DNA of 54,473 nucleotides, filler included, from Jimgerdemannia flammicorona (Eukaryota): NCBI GenBank assembly GCA_003990765.1. It is 3 parts of 3 records of this genome, joined end to end, with 100 filler letters (N's around TTAATTAATTAA, not from the genome) between each part and the next. Parts side by side here need not be neighbours in the genome. Positions count along the whole stretch, not along the records: positions 1 to 18,092 come from RBNJ01002308.1; positions 18,193 to 36,283 come from RBNJ01002309.1; 1 more part is not named here. One strand, written 5' to 3'. Positions 12,136-23,238 of this stretch are shown piece by piece (position 1 is the first letter of the stretch; each line of letters begins with the position of its first letter). The position numbers and the translations under genes were made by a program. Under the pieces are notes generated by a model, which was not told the DNA's origin, ran no database searches, and saw only the letters and a program-made list of their open reading frames with translations.

Positions 12136-13482
12136 TGTCTGAAACGGAACAAGCCGGATGTCAACAACCCGGACCCATCACTACAGTCGGCGATATCAAA
12201 CCTGCTGAATAAACCAGAGAAAAAATGGTTCACTACAAAGCATCAAGTGTATCAAAAAGAATTCCCACACGATGACCAACTCAAACGAGAGCTTGCGACC
12301 CTTGGCCTGCCCGAGCTCTTTCCGTACCTTGTTTGGATTCCGTACCTTGTTTGGATTCCCTATGTCCACTTCACCGAGATAAAGAAGCTTGGGGAGGATG
12401 GTTTTGCCGCAGTTTACAGAGGTGTCGTCAGAAGCTTGGATCCGAAGGGGTTTAGTTACCTAAAGTTCGACAATTACGTAGAATATGTTCCAGCGTATAG
12501 CGATCCTCCACAAAAGAAGCGGGGTTACCAATGATTCAAGAGGTGCATTCTTATGACTTCTGTGTTTATCTGTGTGATAGAAACTTTCATAACGTATTTT
12601 TCCAACAGCTAAATATGCCCTTTATTTTTTTATTTATTATTTTTTTACTCGTTTATGGCAGTTTGTCATCAGCATCATCCTCTCCACTGCCTCCATGGCT
12701 CGGACAGCAGATCTCATTGGCCTGTCTCGGTCTCAAAGTGTAGATGGAAAGTATTTCATGGTCACCGAGTGCGGAAAAAGAGGAAATATGGAAAGTGGAT
12801 TCGCGGTAAATGATTGGAAGAAAATATTTTTCCAAGTCGCCATCCCGATAGCCAATAGCTTGGACTATATGCACCAGAATGGTTGGGTTCACAATGACCT
12901 ACATATAGGGAACGTCCTGTTCATGAACGAAGAGCGAAACGTCCAGTTATCATCGACATGGCCACTCGAAGACCGTTGTAAATTGCCACGGCGAGAAAGA
13001 CGGCGGAGTCTATGGTCGGCTGGAGTACCTTTCCCCAGAAGTTCTCAAGGGACAACTTGCCACACCCACGTCGGACATATACTGCCTTGGAATACTCATG
13101 TGGCAAGCTATTACCGGCGTGCTGCTGCGAGGGAGCGCCCTATCTTTCAGAGATGGTGATGGCCTCCGCGAGGATCTACCTCCCGAATCTGCTGATATCA
13201 TCAAGGCTTGCTGGAACCTAGACCCCATTAAACGTCCATCTGCGGAGGAGATCATGAAAAATCTCATGAGACTCTGACAGATGGTCCTACCAAGGCGGAA
13301 GTCATCCATTTGGGGCTGACACCAAGGCGTTCATCGAAGAGCGCCGAGCGGCTTACGAACAAGAGCTAGCGAACGACGACAACGATTTCTCATTTGAGGC
13401 CGGGTCGAGATACTTTTCCAGTGAGCAACTGAGGCAGTTCAGTCAATCAATCAGCCTACCAAAGGATGGCGAGCTTTTCTAG
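12136..13482 (+). pseudogene. Tyrosine-kinase-like (TKL) protein kinase pseudogene
   Basis: WIPY..FTEIKKLGEDGFAAVYRG, YFMVTEC, HNDLHIGNVL, YGRLEYLSPEVL, SDIYCLGILMW and CWNLDPIKRPS lie in different frames with stops. An 18-bp duplication (PYLVWI x2) is at ~12322-12358. Confidence 0.85.
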
Positions 13483-13879
13483 AATGCAGGGATTAAATAC
13501 AAAATACAAATTTGCGGTGCAATACATATCGCGCTGTCCACTGCATGTAATTTGGTATATGTTCTTTGGCGGTTTATTTTTATTTTTATTTTTATTTTTT
13601 GCGAAGCCTTCACTATAAAAATAGCTGCCGTAGAAGATATGAACTTCGAAGTATGGATATTACGTCCCAAGCCATCAATTCAGGCGATGTAGCGGTCCAA
13701 CCTTGGTCTAGTCACGGATGACTTTGGAGGCAGGGGATGCTCGTGGAGGGAGGTTAAGATCAAGATTCTCCGACATATGATATTGATTCGGGGCGTAGGC
13801 TGTCGTTAAAATAATCGGGAGTGTTACAGAGTTACGTAATTACATCCCCACCCGAATTTGAAATAGTATTGGCCAAAAA

Positions 13880-14330
13880 TGGCGTAATCGATCTTCTCGA
13901 CAGTGCGGTGTCGGAATCCTTGGTGCCAGCGACGATGGCGTTCTTAGAAAGGAGGAAGCCAGCCAAAAAGATCGACGACGGCGAACTTGGCATCCTCAGT
14001 CACAGCACTAACGGAGGGCAGGAAGTAGTCGGTACTGTACCCTGGCGCTTGATCTCGCCAGCCTTGCCCTGATCCGGCTCATTCAGGGTCTTGGCGATGA
14101 AGCTACTGTACTCGGTGGCATCCTTGAGATACATGGGTTTAGAAAACAATATCATTAAGGCCATTGGTAACCTGGATGCATGTCACATTTCCGAAACCCA
14201 ATGGGTTTGACACGATGATTCGCTAAAGTGGTGGAATGGCCATAGTTCACGGGTTGTGACCTGTACATTCCTTGCACGCTCCACTAGGCTATGGCGTCTT
14301 TCACGCAAATGAAACTTCGCTTGTACAACA
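13880..14330 (-). pseudogene. Degenerate tandem copy of the LUD-domain gene
   Basis: The minus strand reads YGHSTTL (~14226-14247), YLKDATEYSSFIAK..KAGEIKRQG, DYFL..AVTEDAKFAVVDL and IVAGT. It is collinear with 14508-15314 but has deletions and frameshifts. Confidence 0.85.
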
Positions 14331-14507
14331 CAAACATTTCACCATTGCCCTACCTCCTTCCTGGGCATCATTAGAAGTTCACCAACCATTCTCTGCTTTG
14401 AGAATACCAAACACTTGAAAATTCAGTTTATTGCGGGCAACACAAGCCATGGGCTTAGACCAAACATGAATTATGCAATGGGTGTAGATTTACAGTGGAT
14501 ATGCAAT

Positions 14508-15314
14508 TTAGTAACCGAGCTGCTCCTTGATGAGGATGATGTGGTACCTCGGGGGAGCCCATGCGAAGCCGCTCTCCACGAGAAGGTAGTTGTTGATCTG
14601 GGAAGCTGGGACCTTGTAGTGCAAGCGAACACGAGCGGACTCGACATCAAGGGCGAACTCGACAGTGCGCTTCCAGGCGGCGTCGGAATCCTTGACAATC
14701 TTATTGGTGCCAGCGACGATGATGACGTTCTTGGCGGGGAGGAAGCCAGAGACGCGGGTGCCAGACAGATCGGCGACGGCGAACTTGCCATCCTCAGTCA
14801 CAGCGGTAACGGAGGACAGGAAGTAGTCGGCGCTGTAGCCCTGGCGTTTGATCTCACCAGCCTTGACCGGATCCTCCTCCTTAAGCATCTTGGCGGTGAA
14901 GTTATTGTACTCGGTGGCTTCCTTGAGATACGTAATGAAACCAATCTCCTCCTGTTGATCGTATATGTCAAGAACAAAAATAATCGACGTCATTAATAAG
15001 TGGGACACATGAAAAGATATTATAATGTATTTCTAAATCGATTTAATACTAGGACATACCAAGGTAGTGGAGTGACCATTGCTCACGGAAGCACCGGCAG
15101 GTATTGCAGCCTTGACGGCATTGAAAGCCTGCTCACGGTTTTCAACAACGGTGACCAAGTGGTTCTTGGCCTTCAAGGCGGCGACAGTCTTGTCAATGGT
15201 GGCCTGGTCAGCGAGCTTGTTCCATTGCTCGGCAACGCCCTTGGTCTTCAGGACGTCATCGGACTTGAGGAGGGCCGCGAGGGTCTCTTCGGGGTAGTTG
15301 TTCTGGTAAGCCAT
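14508..15314 (-). CDS. LUD domain (lactate utilization, LutC/YkgG/DUF1121-like) protein; exons 15314-15060, 14951-14508
   Basis: GHSTTL|EEIG, ADYFLSSVTAVTEDG, DLSGTRV, NVIIVAGTNKIV, ESARVR and C-terminal HIILIKEQLGY are typical of the LUD family. One clean GT-AG intron. Confidence 0.85.
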
Positions 15315-16494
15315 TACGTTGAAGTTGATGGGCAGGTTGTGTGATGAAGGTGCGTGTGAAATGTGGTGAATTTTATACCTGTGCGATTTCCAAACCGCGT
15401 TTCACGACAGATCGGTCGACTATGGCATAATGCCAGTGATGTCCGACCATTGCCGGGGCGTGTCAAACAGTCCGGCAAAGCCCCGGAGCTCTGGTCTTTG
15501 ACAAATGCACCCAACGCATTTGTCATTGACCGCTGAATTACGTAATTTTGCCAGTTAGCACGCACCTCCCAAAAACAGCCCAGGACTTGTTCGACTTCCC
15601 CAACTTTTTGGTCAATGCAAGTGACAATGAAAATACGTACTACGTAGTAAACAATCATGCAATCCAGTCAAGCAATGGGAATCACAAACCTTTAGAACGA
15701 AACATCTCACCTTTTTTTGTTCGGCGTTGTAAAGACATTAACATGGTGCTGCCGTTTAACACCATGCCGCACCAAGTTACTTTTGATCCACCTCTCTATA
15801 ATATTGCATCAAGACGAACTAGACAACGTTTCGTCTTTCAAATTGTACCCCTGGCGGGATGGGCCGAATCCGCCGTGCCGCGACTGCGTGCAGTGGAGAA
15901 ATTCGCCGATTATCCGAAGCCAACAAATAATTACGGAACCTTCTAAGGTATTCCAAACACCTGCCATGCGTCTTCTTCCGGCACGTTTTCCACCATGTCG
16001 GCCATTCCCCTTTGTCTCACTGACACCCACAGGACAACCCTCGAGCGTGCCACACATTAGATCGGCTGCTGGTTGAGCAGTGGTGCGTAAAGTTTATACG
16101 AAAAGCTATCTCAAAAGCAGTTTCGCGATGGCGGTATTATTATGCACTGTGTTCTCATTCTCAAAGTTCAGCGAAACAGGAGCATGAAATCCCAATTCAG
16201 ACACGTCAAAGAGCGCGTTTCGAAAATGCGGTCGAACTCAGCGACGGGACTTTCCACCGCTTTGAGCAGCGTGTCGCCGCGGACGCCGATATCACCATAA
16301 AGAGAAGGGTCGAAACCTCCGTTCGTGTATTATACAGATAGAGAAAAGAGACGAAGGCCAACGCGGTGCTATAATAAGCACGTTAAGAAATTGTGCGTGC
16401 CAAGTTCAAGGACATCGATGTCCATTTCGAGTAAACGAGGGATAAGCGTCTACTTCGGTCCAGTTAAGTTCTGCGTAAACAAGCGACGAAGAAG

Positions 16495-16551
<57 letters not shown>

Positions 16552-16920
16552 GATTTTTTAGCTTACACTGAGCTTCAGACACGAAATTCGGATTTTCAGG
16601 ATAACACAGCGCCAAAACAAGCCGTTTCGATAACGGAGGGTCGAAACTTGAGATTGAGCGTTGATGACGGAACATATCATAAGGCGCTGGTCAGCTTATT
16701 TTGCTTTTGCTGACAATACCCATCAAAATTTTATTTGAAAATGTATTATCGAATCTTATATTTGCCGTACATCCAGTATCATGTTAGAATCCATCGGAGA
16801 ACGCTTCACAGCAATCCACATCTCAAAACTCGGGAATTGCGGACGGCAAAGATACCAATAGAATCGACGTCAGGTGATTATCACGTAATTAACTCCGCCA
16901 ACAGTGTGCAATATTTAGTT

Positions 16921-17222
16921 ATTTAGTTATAATGATTTATTTTATTTATTTATTTATATCTATTTTAGAACAATAAGAGATATTTACAAAATTCTTTTTT
17001 TATTTTAAATAATAAAATATAAAGTTTAAATATTTTAAAGTTAATTATTTTATGTCATAATATAATAAATATATATTTAATCTAAAAAGTATATCAGATT
17101 TCTTTATCTTGAATTCTTGTCTTCTTTAACTTTTTATTATGAAAAAAATTCAGTTTTAAATATATTTATTAACTCTAGAGTATATTTATAAAAATATATT
17201 TTATAAATATAAACTTTATAAC
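16921..17222. repeat. Extremely AT-rich relic (hypermutated repeat)
   Basis: Abrupt shift to almost pure A/T, as in the 24.1-28.6 kb block. Confidence 0.55.
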
Positions 17223-17312
17223 TGTAATAGACAAGTGGCAGACACGAACGGTTATCACGTGATCCAGCGATGACGTCACAAACGAGCGACATACGAACGA
17301 GACCAACGAGAC

Positions 17313-17753
17313 TGCCCCTTTCTCCACTACCATACTGGTCACAAGGTTTTGATAGGCAACCTTCCAAGTTCCTTTTCCATAACTTTTACCCCCTCTACCT
17401 TGGGTTGGTTCACTGTACCTGCTGCAGGATAGTGGGAGGAAGGCAATGGTAATGAGTTACCTTTTTATCAGTATTAGATCAGTGCTTCCTTTACTTTTTT
17501 GCAGTTTCTGGTACCTCCAACTGTATCTGAAGTGTGCCTGTTTTGGTGTGGTACCTTCTTTCTTTTGCCTATCATCACCAAGGTATCATCTCAATATATC
17601 ACAGGCTATGTAGGAAGTCAGCTGACCTTGGATATTAAGTATTAGTAAAGGTTTTAATAGATTCTTAGTATCTATAGCAGGCTCTCTAAGCTTTGGTGAG
17701 CTTTTTGGTAAGCACAGTTCTGGCATAGGTGACTGCTTTTCAGATGGTATCAG
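17313..17753. repeat. Unclassified interspersed repeat, copy 1 (homologous to ~34555-34990)
   Basis: CCCCTTTCTCCACTACCATACTGGTCACAAGG aligns to CTCTTTTCTCTACTATCATACTGATCACAAGA at ~34557; collinear for ~430 bp in the same orientation. Confidence 0.8.
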
Positions 17754-18092
17754 TAGTGCTTCGAACGAGTCAATCCGGATGGGATTCGGATGGATTCGAA
17801 TCAACCATTGTTTTGATTTCCAAATTAGACAATTAAATGTTTACATCAATAACTTGATGAATAATCATTCAAATTTGATGATCTTGGTGTCATTAGAAAG
17901 CCCTTAATAAGGCCTTTCTAATGATACCAAGAACATTAAAATCAGATTATGTGTTGCCGAGATAATAAGGAAAACGTTCCATTTGACGAAATTTCCAAAA
18001 TCGGCAAATCAAAGAATTTCCAAAATCGGCGATTCAGACATTTTCCTTCATAACTCAGCAACGCATGATCCGATTTCAATGTTCTTAGTATC
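17754..18092. mobile_element. End of an hAT-like DNA transposon/foldback element, truncated by the assembly gap
   Basis: Starts TAGTGCTTCGAACGA, similar to the TIRs of the MITE at 25564-25918. Hairpin 17882-17900/17914-17932 and inverted repeat 17923-17977/18038-18092. Confidence 0.6.
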
Positions 18093-18192
18093 NNNNNNNN
18101 NNNNNNNNNNNNNNNNNNNNNNNNNNNNNNNNNNNNTTAATTAATTAANNNNNNNNNNNNNNNNNNNNNNNNNNNNNNNNNNNNNNNNNNNN
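18093..18192. other. Artificial contig linker (44 N + TTAATTAATTAA + 44 N)
   Basis: An all-frame-stop spacer inside an N run; the same structure occurs at 36284-36383. Confidence 0.97.
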
Positions 18193-21100
18193 TTGAAGGT
18201 CATTATCTGCAATTCTAGTAGAACCAGCTGATTCTTCAGTCCTATGGAAGCCATCTGCCAAATCCTGTTTATCAAGACATCACAGCCGACCATCCAAGAG
18301 GTAGACCAACTAGAAGATATCAACAGAGGACAAGGAGGCTTTGGAAGCACCAATAGAAATCTACGGACACCACCTGTCGAGGTTCATTTGGCAACAGTTG
18401 CTCAATTCCGACAAATGAGACCCCATATCTGCTGTCCAATCCGAGCAAGAGAAGACATCCTCCTGCAGCCCTACCAGCAAAAAGGCCTAGATGTGCACCT
18501 ACCAGTAGAAGCAAACAACTTGATATTTGCACCATCACTGGAGCTTCAAAAGGAATACCACATCCTCCTGGCTGAAGAATGAATTCATGATCAGATGTCA
18601 CCAATCCACATCCCTATCAGAAACTCGGGCTTCGAAGTGATAACTATCCCCAAGGGAACAACACTGGGATATTTCGAACTACTGATAGACACCTACGAGG
18701 AAGAAGTCTTCGAATTCTTGAGAAACGGCAAGTCCTCTCCAGTGAGACTGATGGTACCAGGGAGGAAGACTCAGCAAATTCAGCAATTAAAGCCATCGAC
18801 ATCGAGACAACTCTAACCAAGGACCAGCAACAACAAATACAGGAGTTGATAGAGGAGTACAAAGATATATTTACCACCACATATGATAACTTCCTACCAT
18901 ATCAATATGGAGAACACCCATATATACTGGAGATGCAAGACTAATCCGACAATGACCCTACTGAACACCACATCATCTGATTGAATTTGAACAACAACAC
19001 ATAGATGAAATGCTATGAAATGGAGTCATCGGACCATCATCAAGCCCCTGGGCCTCACCAGCAATCATAGTACCAAAGAAAGGAGGATGGAGATTAGTCG
19101 TAGATTTCAGAAAACTCAACAAAGTTACCACAGAAGATGCCTACCCACTGCCAAGAATTGATGACCTCATCAATGCCCTCGGAAAAGCCAAATACATGAC
19201 CACTACTGACCAGTTCCAAGGATTCCAAGTAATACCCATTGCCAAAGAAGATATCTGTAAGACGGCCTTCATTACCAGATGAGGATAGAATGAATACCTA
19301 CGAATGCCCTTTGGACTCTGCAATGCACCTGCCTCATTCCAATGAATGATAAACTATATCTACCGGGACCTCATTGGAAGAAATGTACTAGTGTACATAG
19401 ATGATGTTATCATCTACTCTGAGACATTCAAGCAGCATTTGCAAGACCTCCATGAAGTATTCGATACCATTTAAAATTCAGGACTCAGACTCAATACCAA
19501 GAAGTGCTTCTTTGGAAAACATCAAGTCGAATATCTGGGATATATTGTCTCAGCTCAAGGAACACATGCCGACCCTCACAAGGTGGAGAAAGTCAAGAAC
19601 TACCCGACTCTGACCTCAGCGAAGGAGACCCTATCTTTCCTTATGCTGGTATCCTACTATCGACGATTCATCCCAAGGTTTTCAGATAAGGCAGCACCTC
19701 TCCGAGATATCTCCAAGAAGGACCAACCATTCTACTGGAAAAAGGAACAATAAAAGTCATTCGATCTACTCAAGAAGGCCCTTACCGAAGTTCCTGTCCT
19801 GGTGTGACCAGACTTTGGCAAACCATTCATCCTGGCAACTGATGCCTCAGCCTTAGAACTTGGATCAATTCTGTCTCAGCAAGATGACCAGAAGAGGGAG
19901 CATGTTATCGATTATGCTAGCAAGGCCATGAATGAAACACAAGCGAACTATAGAGCTACTAAGTTGGAATGCCTAGCAGTAGTTTGGGCTGTAGACCACT
20001 TCCAACACTATTTCTTGGGAAAGAGATTCGCCCTCATCACTGACCATTAAGCTCTACAATGGTTGTTCAATAAGCCGGAGCCCTCAGGAATCTTTGCTAG
20101 ATGGATCATGTCTCTGCAAGAATATCAGTTCACTATTGTCTACAAGAAAGGTGCTAAGAATTCCAACGTCGATACTCTGTCAAGAATCCCATGAAACCAA
20201 CAAGAAGGGAAGGAGCCCCCACAAGAGAAGGCTACTTCCCGCTCACCCAAATGAACCAAGAATTGCGTCTCACCCTCACCTGGAGTCTGCACCATAGAAG
20301 CTTCAAGAAAGGAATCCAACCAGCCCACAAGTTGTTTATCCAAAGGAATTTCAAGAAATTCCAAGAAGGCGATGGCAAACTTTGGAGAGTAGAAGGAGAG
20401 CAGTACACCCAAGTTCCAAGAGAAGAAGAAATATTGAAGATCCTAACAACAAATCATGACCAAAATGTACACTGAGGAATTGGTGCCACAATCGCAAGAA
20501 TCAAGAAACGATACTGGTGGCCCAAGATGAGAAAACAAATTTCAATGTACATTCAACAATGTGATACCTGCCAAAGATATCGACAAAAGCCTACTGACAG
20601 AGCACCATTAATACTGATCGCAGCACCAGCTAGAGCCTTTCAAAGACTAGGAATAGACATTATTGGACCTCTACCAGTAACCAGCCGAGGAAGACGCTAC
20701 ATCCTCACTATCGAAGACTATCTGACAAAATGGCCTGAAGCCTTTGCCATTGAGACTACTGATGTCTAGACAATTATTGGGATCCTGTATAATGAAATTT
20801 TCAGCTGTCATGGTGTACCCAAGGAAATCATTACAGACCAAGGCCAAGAATTCGTCAATCAAGCCATGAAGACCTTTGTGAGCAACTTCAAGATCAAGCT
20901 ACAACCAACAACAGTCTACCACCCACAGGCAAATGGACTCACTGAACAAATGAACCAGACCATCAAGCGAGGTCTCAGTAGAACCGAAGATCAACTAAAC
21001 TGGGATATCTATCTACCGGCAATTCTGTTCAGCATCCGTACCTCTAAGACAACTGCTACCCAACAGACCCCCTTCTATTTGGTGTATGGCCAAGAAGCAC

Positions 21101-21471
21101 AAGATCCTACTGAACCAGTCCAGCTAGATCTGTCAAAATGAGTCACAGAAGAGATCACCCGGTTATATGACATATGCCAGCAAGCATGAGAATTTATTGC
21201 CAAGGCACAAGAACGACAAAAGAGATACTATGACTGCAAAGCCAACCTCGAACCTCTGCTCATTGGACAAAAGGTTCTGGTGTACCGTACCATCATAGAA
21301 GGAAATTGGAGTGCCAAGCTTGAACCAAAATGGGAAGGCCTCTATCTCATACACCAAGTATTCTCGAACCACACTTATCAACTCAAGACCTTGGATGGAG
21401 TTATACTCAAGACCAAGATACATCGCAACCGCATAAGACTCTACCACTCAAGAGAAGCAAAATACATTTGA
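18193..21471 (+). pseudogene. gypsy pol (dUTPase/RT/RNaseH/IN) with many premature stops
   Basis: More than a dozen in-frame TGA/TAA/TAG codons, several at positions expected to be CGA/CAA/CAG (e.g. FQ*M, TDH*AL). Confidence 0.92.
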
Positions 21472-21515
21472 ACAATCCTGTTCACTCTGTCTGTGTTGTC
21501 TCCGCTGGAGATACA

Positions 21516-22073
21516 ATGGACGTTTCACTCGGAACTCAAGAAAGCCAACAATGTTAGAACCAGACTTAAGCCCATCCATGTGACAGACATTGTTACTAAG
21601 AAATTGCCTCAGATTACAAGTAATACTATTTCCGATGGGTTCAAACCCCCAGCCGCAACTATGGGAGTTCTCGCCTTAGACAAGGATGGCCAGTCCTCAC
21701 AAATGCACCAGCATTCTACTTGTCTCTGGAGTTAAGACTACCCAACTTTGTGTAACCCTCACCACTGAGGACGGCTCTAATTTTGCAAGGAGCAGATGTG
21801 ATGTACACAATTGACAATAGAGTACTGGTGACTGCTAAGATCAGACAACATAATGGCATGACAATCAAATAGACAGCCTGACCCATTAGGTGATCATTCC
21901 AAAAGAAGATAAGATGATCGGAGCCAAAATGAAGACCACGTTATTTAAGGAACCATACTCCGCCTCAAGGATCGGCACCAAAGAACCAAGTATCCACTAC
22001 ACAATGCCTCCCATTCGCCAAACCAACCAGACCTCCTGCCGCTCTACCCCTTTGCCTGGCCCAAAGACCCTGA
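21516..22073 (+). pseudogene. Extra ORF 3 of the gypsy element (~185 codons, interrupted by stops)
   Basis: One frame reads MDVSLGTQESQQC*NQT*AHPCDRHCY*..GWPVLTNAPAFYLSLELRLPNF..SFQKKIR*SEPK*RPRYLR. Each stop can be reverted by a single C>T or G>A change. Confidence 0.5.
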
Positions 22074-22990
22074 TCTTTGAAGCTATCAAGAAGGCCATCT
22101 GGCGCCCAGATACTTCCGAACACTTGAACTTCTACACTGAGGACCTTGGACACTTCATCAACTACCGGTATATAATGACCCAACAGCTCAAAGACACTAC
22201 CAAACGAATGACCCTCTGGCATGACTATGAAATCAGACACCGCCTTTGCAATGAGACTCAAGAAGGCGACCAGGAAGACCTCATTGCCGAAATGTTAACC
22301 ACCAGCTGGCTAATCAAGAGAGCCCTCCATGTCCATCAAATCTTCTGCCATATTCCCTGGACTATAGCACACTTGCAAGGAGTAACAGCTGGCAGCCTCT
22401 CCTGCCTTTCAACTGAAGATGCTGACTGGATAGAATCTGAAGTAGCCAACGCTATTGGCAGCAACTGCATCACCGTAGGAAGCCAACAAACCGAACCTAC
22501 TCAGCCAGGTTTCCACACCACCCCACTCCGAGATAACCATCAAGGTTACCTAATGAGTCTTATGGAGATATTTGAAGGACCGCCCATCACTATAGAGGCA
22601 CCTGTTGGAGCTACCCCAACCACCCACCACCCTGTCAGCCACAATTCACATCTCATCATTTGGGAACCGAATCAAGAAGAAGCCCAAGAAGTTCCTGTCT
22701 TTGAAGAGGAGGCCCAAGAACTCCAAGACCCTGCCTCTGAAGAAACCCCCTCTGACACTGAAACTGACGAGCCTTCAGAAGAAGAAGAGGAGCAACAGAG
22801 AGTCTACCAGTCCTCTGTCTACATTCAAGCTGTTCAAAGGTTGGAGAATGTTGTTGAAGATGACTGGCCACTTTTCTACCCCCTTATCTCTTGGCCAGTG
22901 CTTCCCCCCTTTGAGGAGAGATATGATGAAGAAGAAATCACAACCCAGCAAGATTTACCCACCACGGATGAAGGGTACTATTTTCTCTAG
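22004..22990 (+). CDS. Extra ORF 4 of the gypsy element, 328-aa unknown protein with acidic C-terminus
   Basis: Uninterrupted ORF (frame open from 21890) between integrase and the LTR. Likely start MPPIRQTNQ; E-rich tail; no recognised domain. Confidence 0.7.
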   Translation: MPPIRQTNQTSCRSTPLPGPKTLIFEAIKKAIWRPDTSEHLNFYTEDLGHFINYRYIMTQQLKDTTKRMTLWHDYEIRHRLCNETQEGDQEDLIAEMLTTSWLIKRALHVHQIFCHIPWTIAHLQGVTAGSLSCLSTEDADWIESEVANAIGSNCITVGSQQTEPTQPGFHTTPLRDNHQGYLMSLMEIFEGPPITIEAPVGATPTTHHPVSHNSHLIIWEPNQEEAQEVPVFEEEAQELQDPASEETPSDTETDEPSEEEEEQQRVYQSSVYIQAVQRLENVVEDDWPLFYPLISWPVLPPFEERYDEEEITTQQDLPTTDEGYYFL

Positions 22991-23040
22991 AGTACCGCCC
23001 ATTAGCTGTGAGAACCCAGCTTTTGTCAGCAAGTCCGTTT

Positions 23041-23238
23041 CCAGCATTACTACCCAGTACCACCATTTTTAGCATTTTTGTCAGCAGGTCCAAATTCAGC
23101 ATTGCCACCCTCTACAACCATTTCTGGTAACAATCATCGTATCATGTCAGCTCATCTGAATCCAGCATTGCTACCCAGTATCACCATTTTCAGCATTTTT
23201 GTCAGCAGGTCCAAATTCAGCATTGCTATCCCCTATAA
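23041..23238 (+). repeat. ~78-bp direct repeat pair in the LTR U3 region
   Basis: CCAGCATT.CTACCCAGTA.CACCATTTT.AGCATTTTTGTCAGCAGGTCCAAATTCAGCATTGC at 23041 and 23162. Confidence 0.9.

Noticed and set aside
14415..15344. Long plus-strand ORFs (193 aa and 114 aa)
   Set aside because: Antisense shadows of the codon-biased LUD gene. The same applies to ORFs opposite MTHFR, CYP51 and the LINEs.
16150..16680. Coding-like region with short recurring words (TTCAGACACG, AGGGTCGAAAC) and a long poly-T
   Set aside because: No identifiable product or clear repeat structure.
18137..18148. TTAATTAATTAA palindrome within N runs (also 36328-36339)
   Set aside because: Artificial scaffold linker; adjacency across these gaps is not biological evidence.
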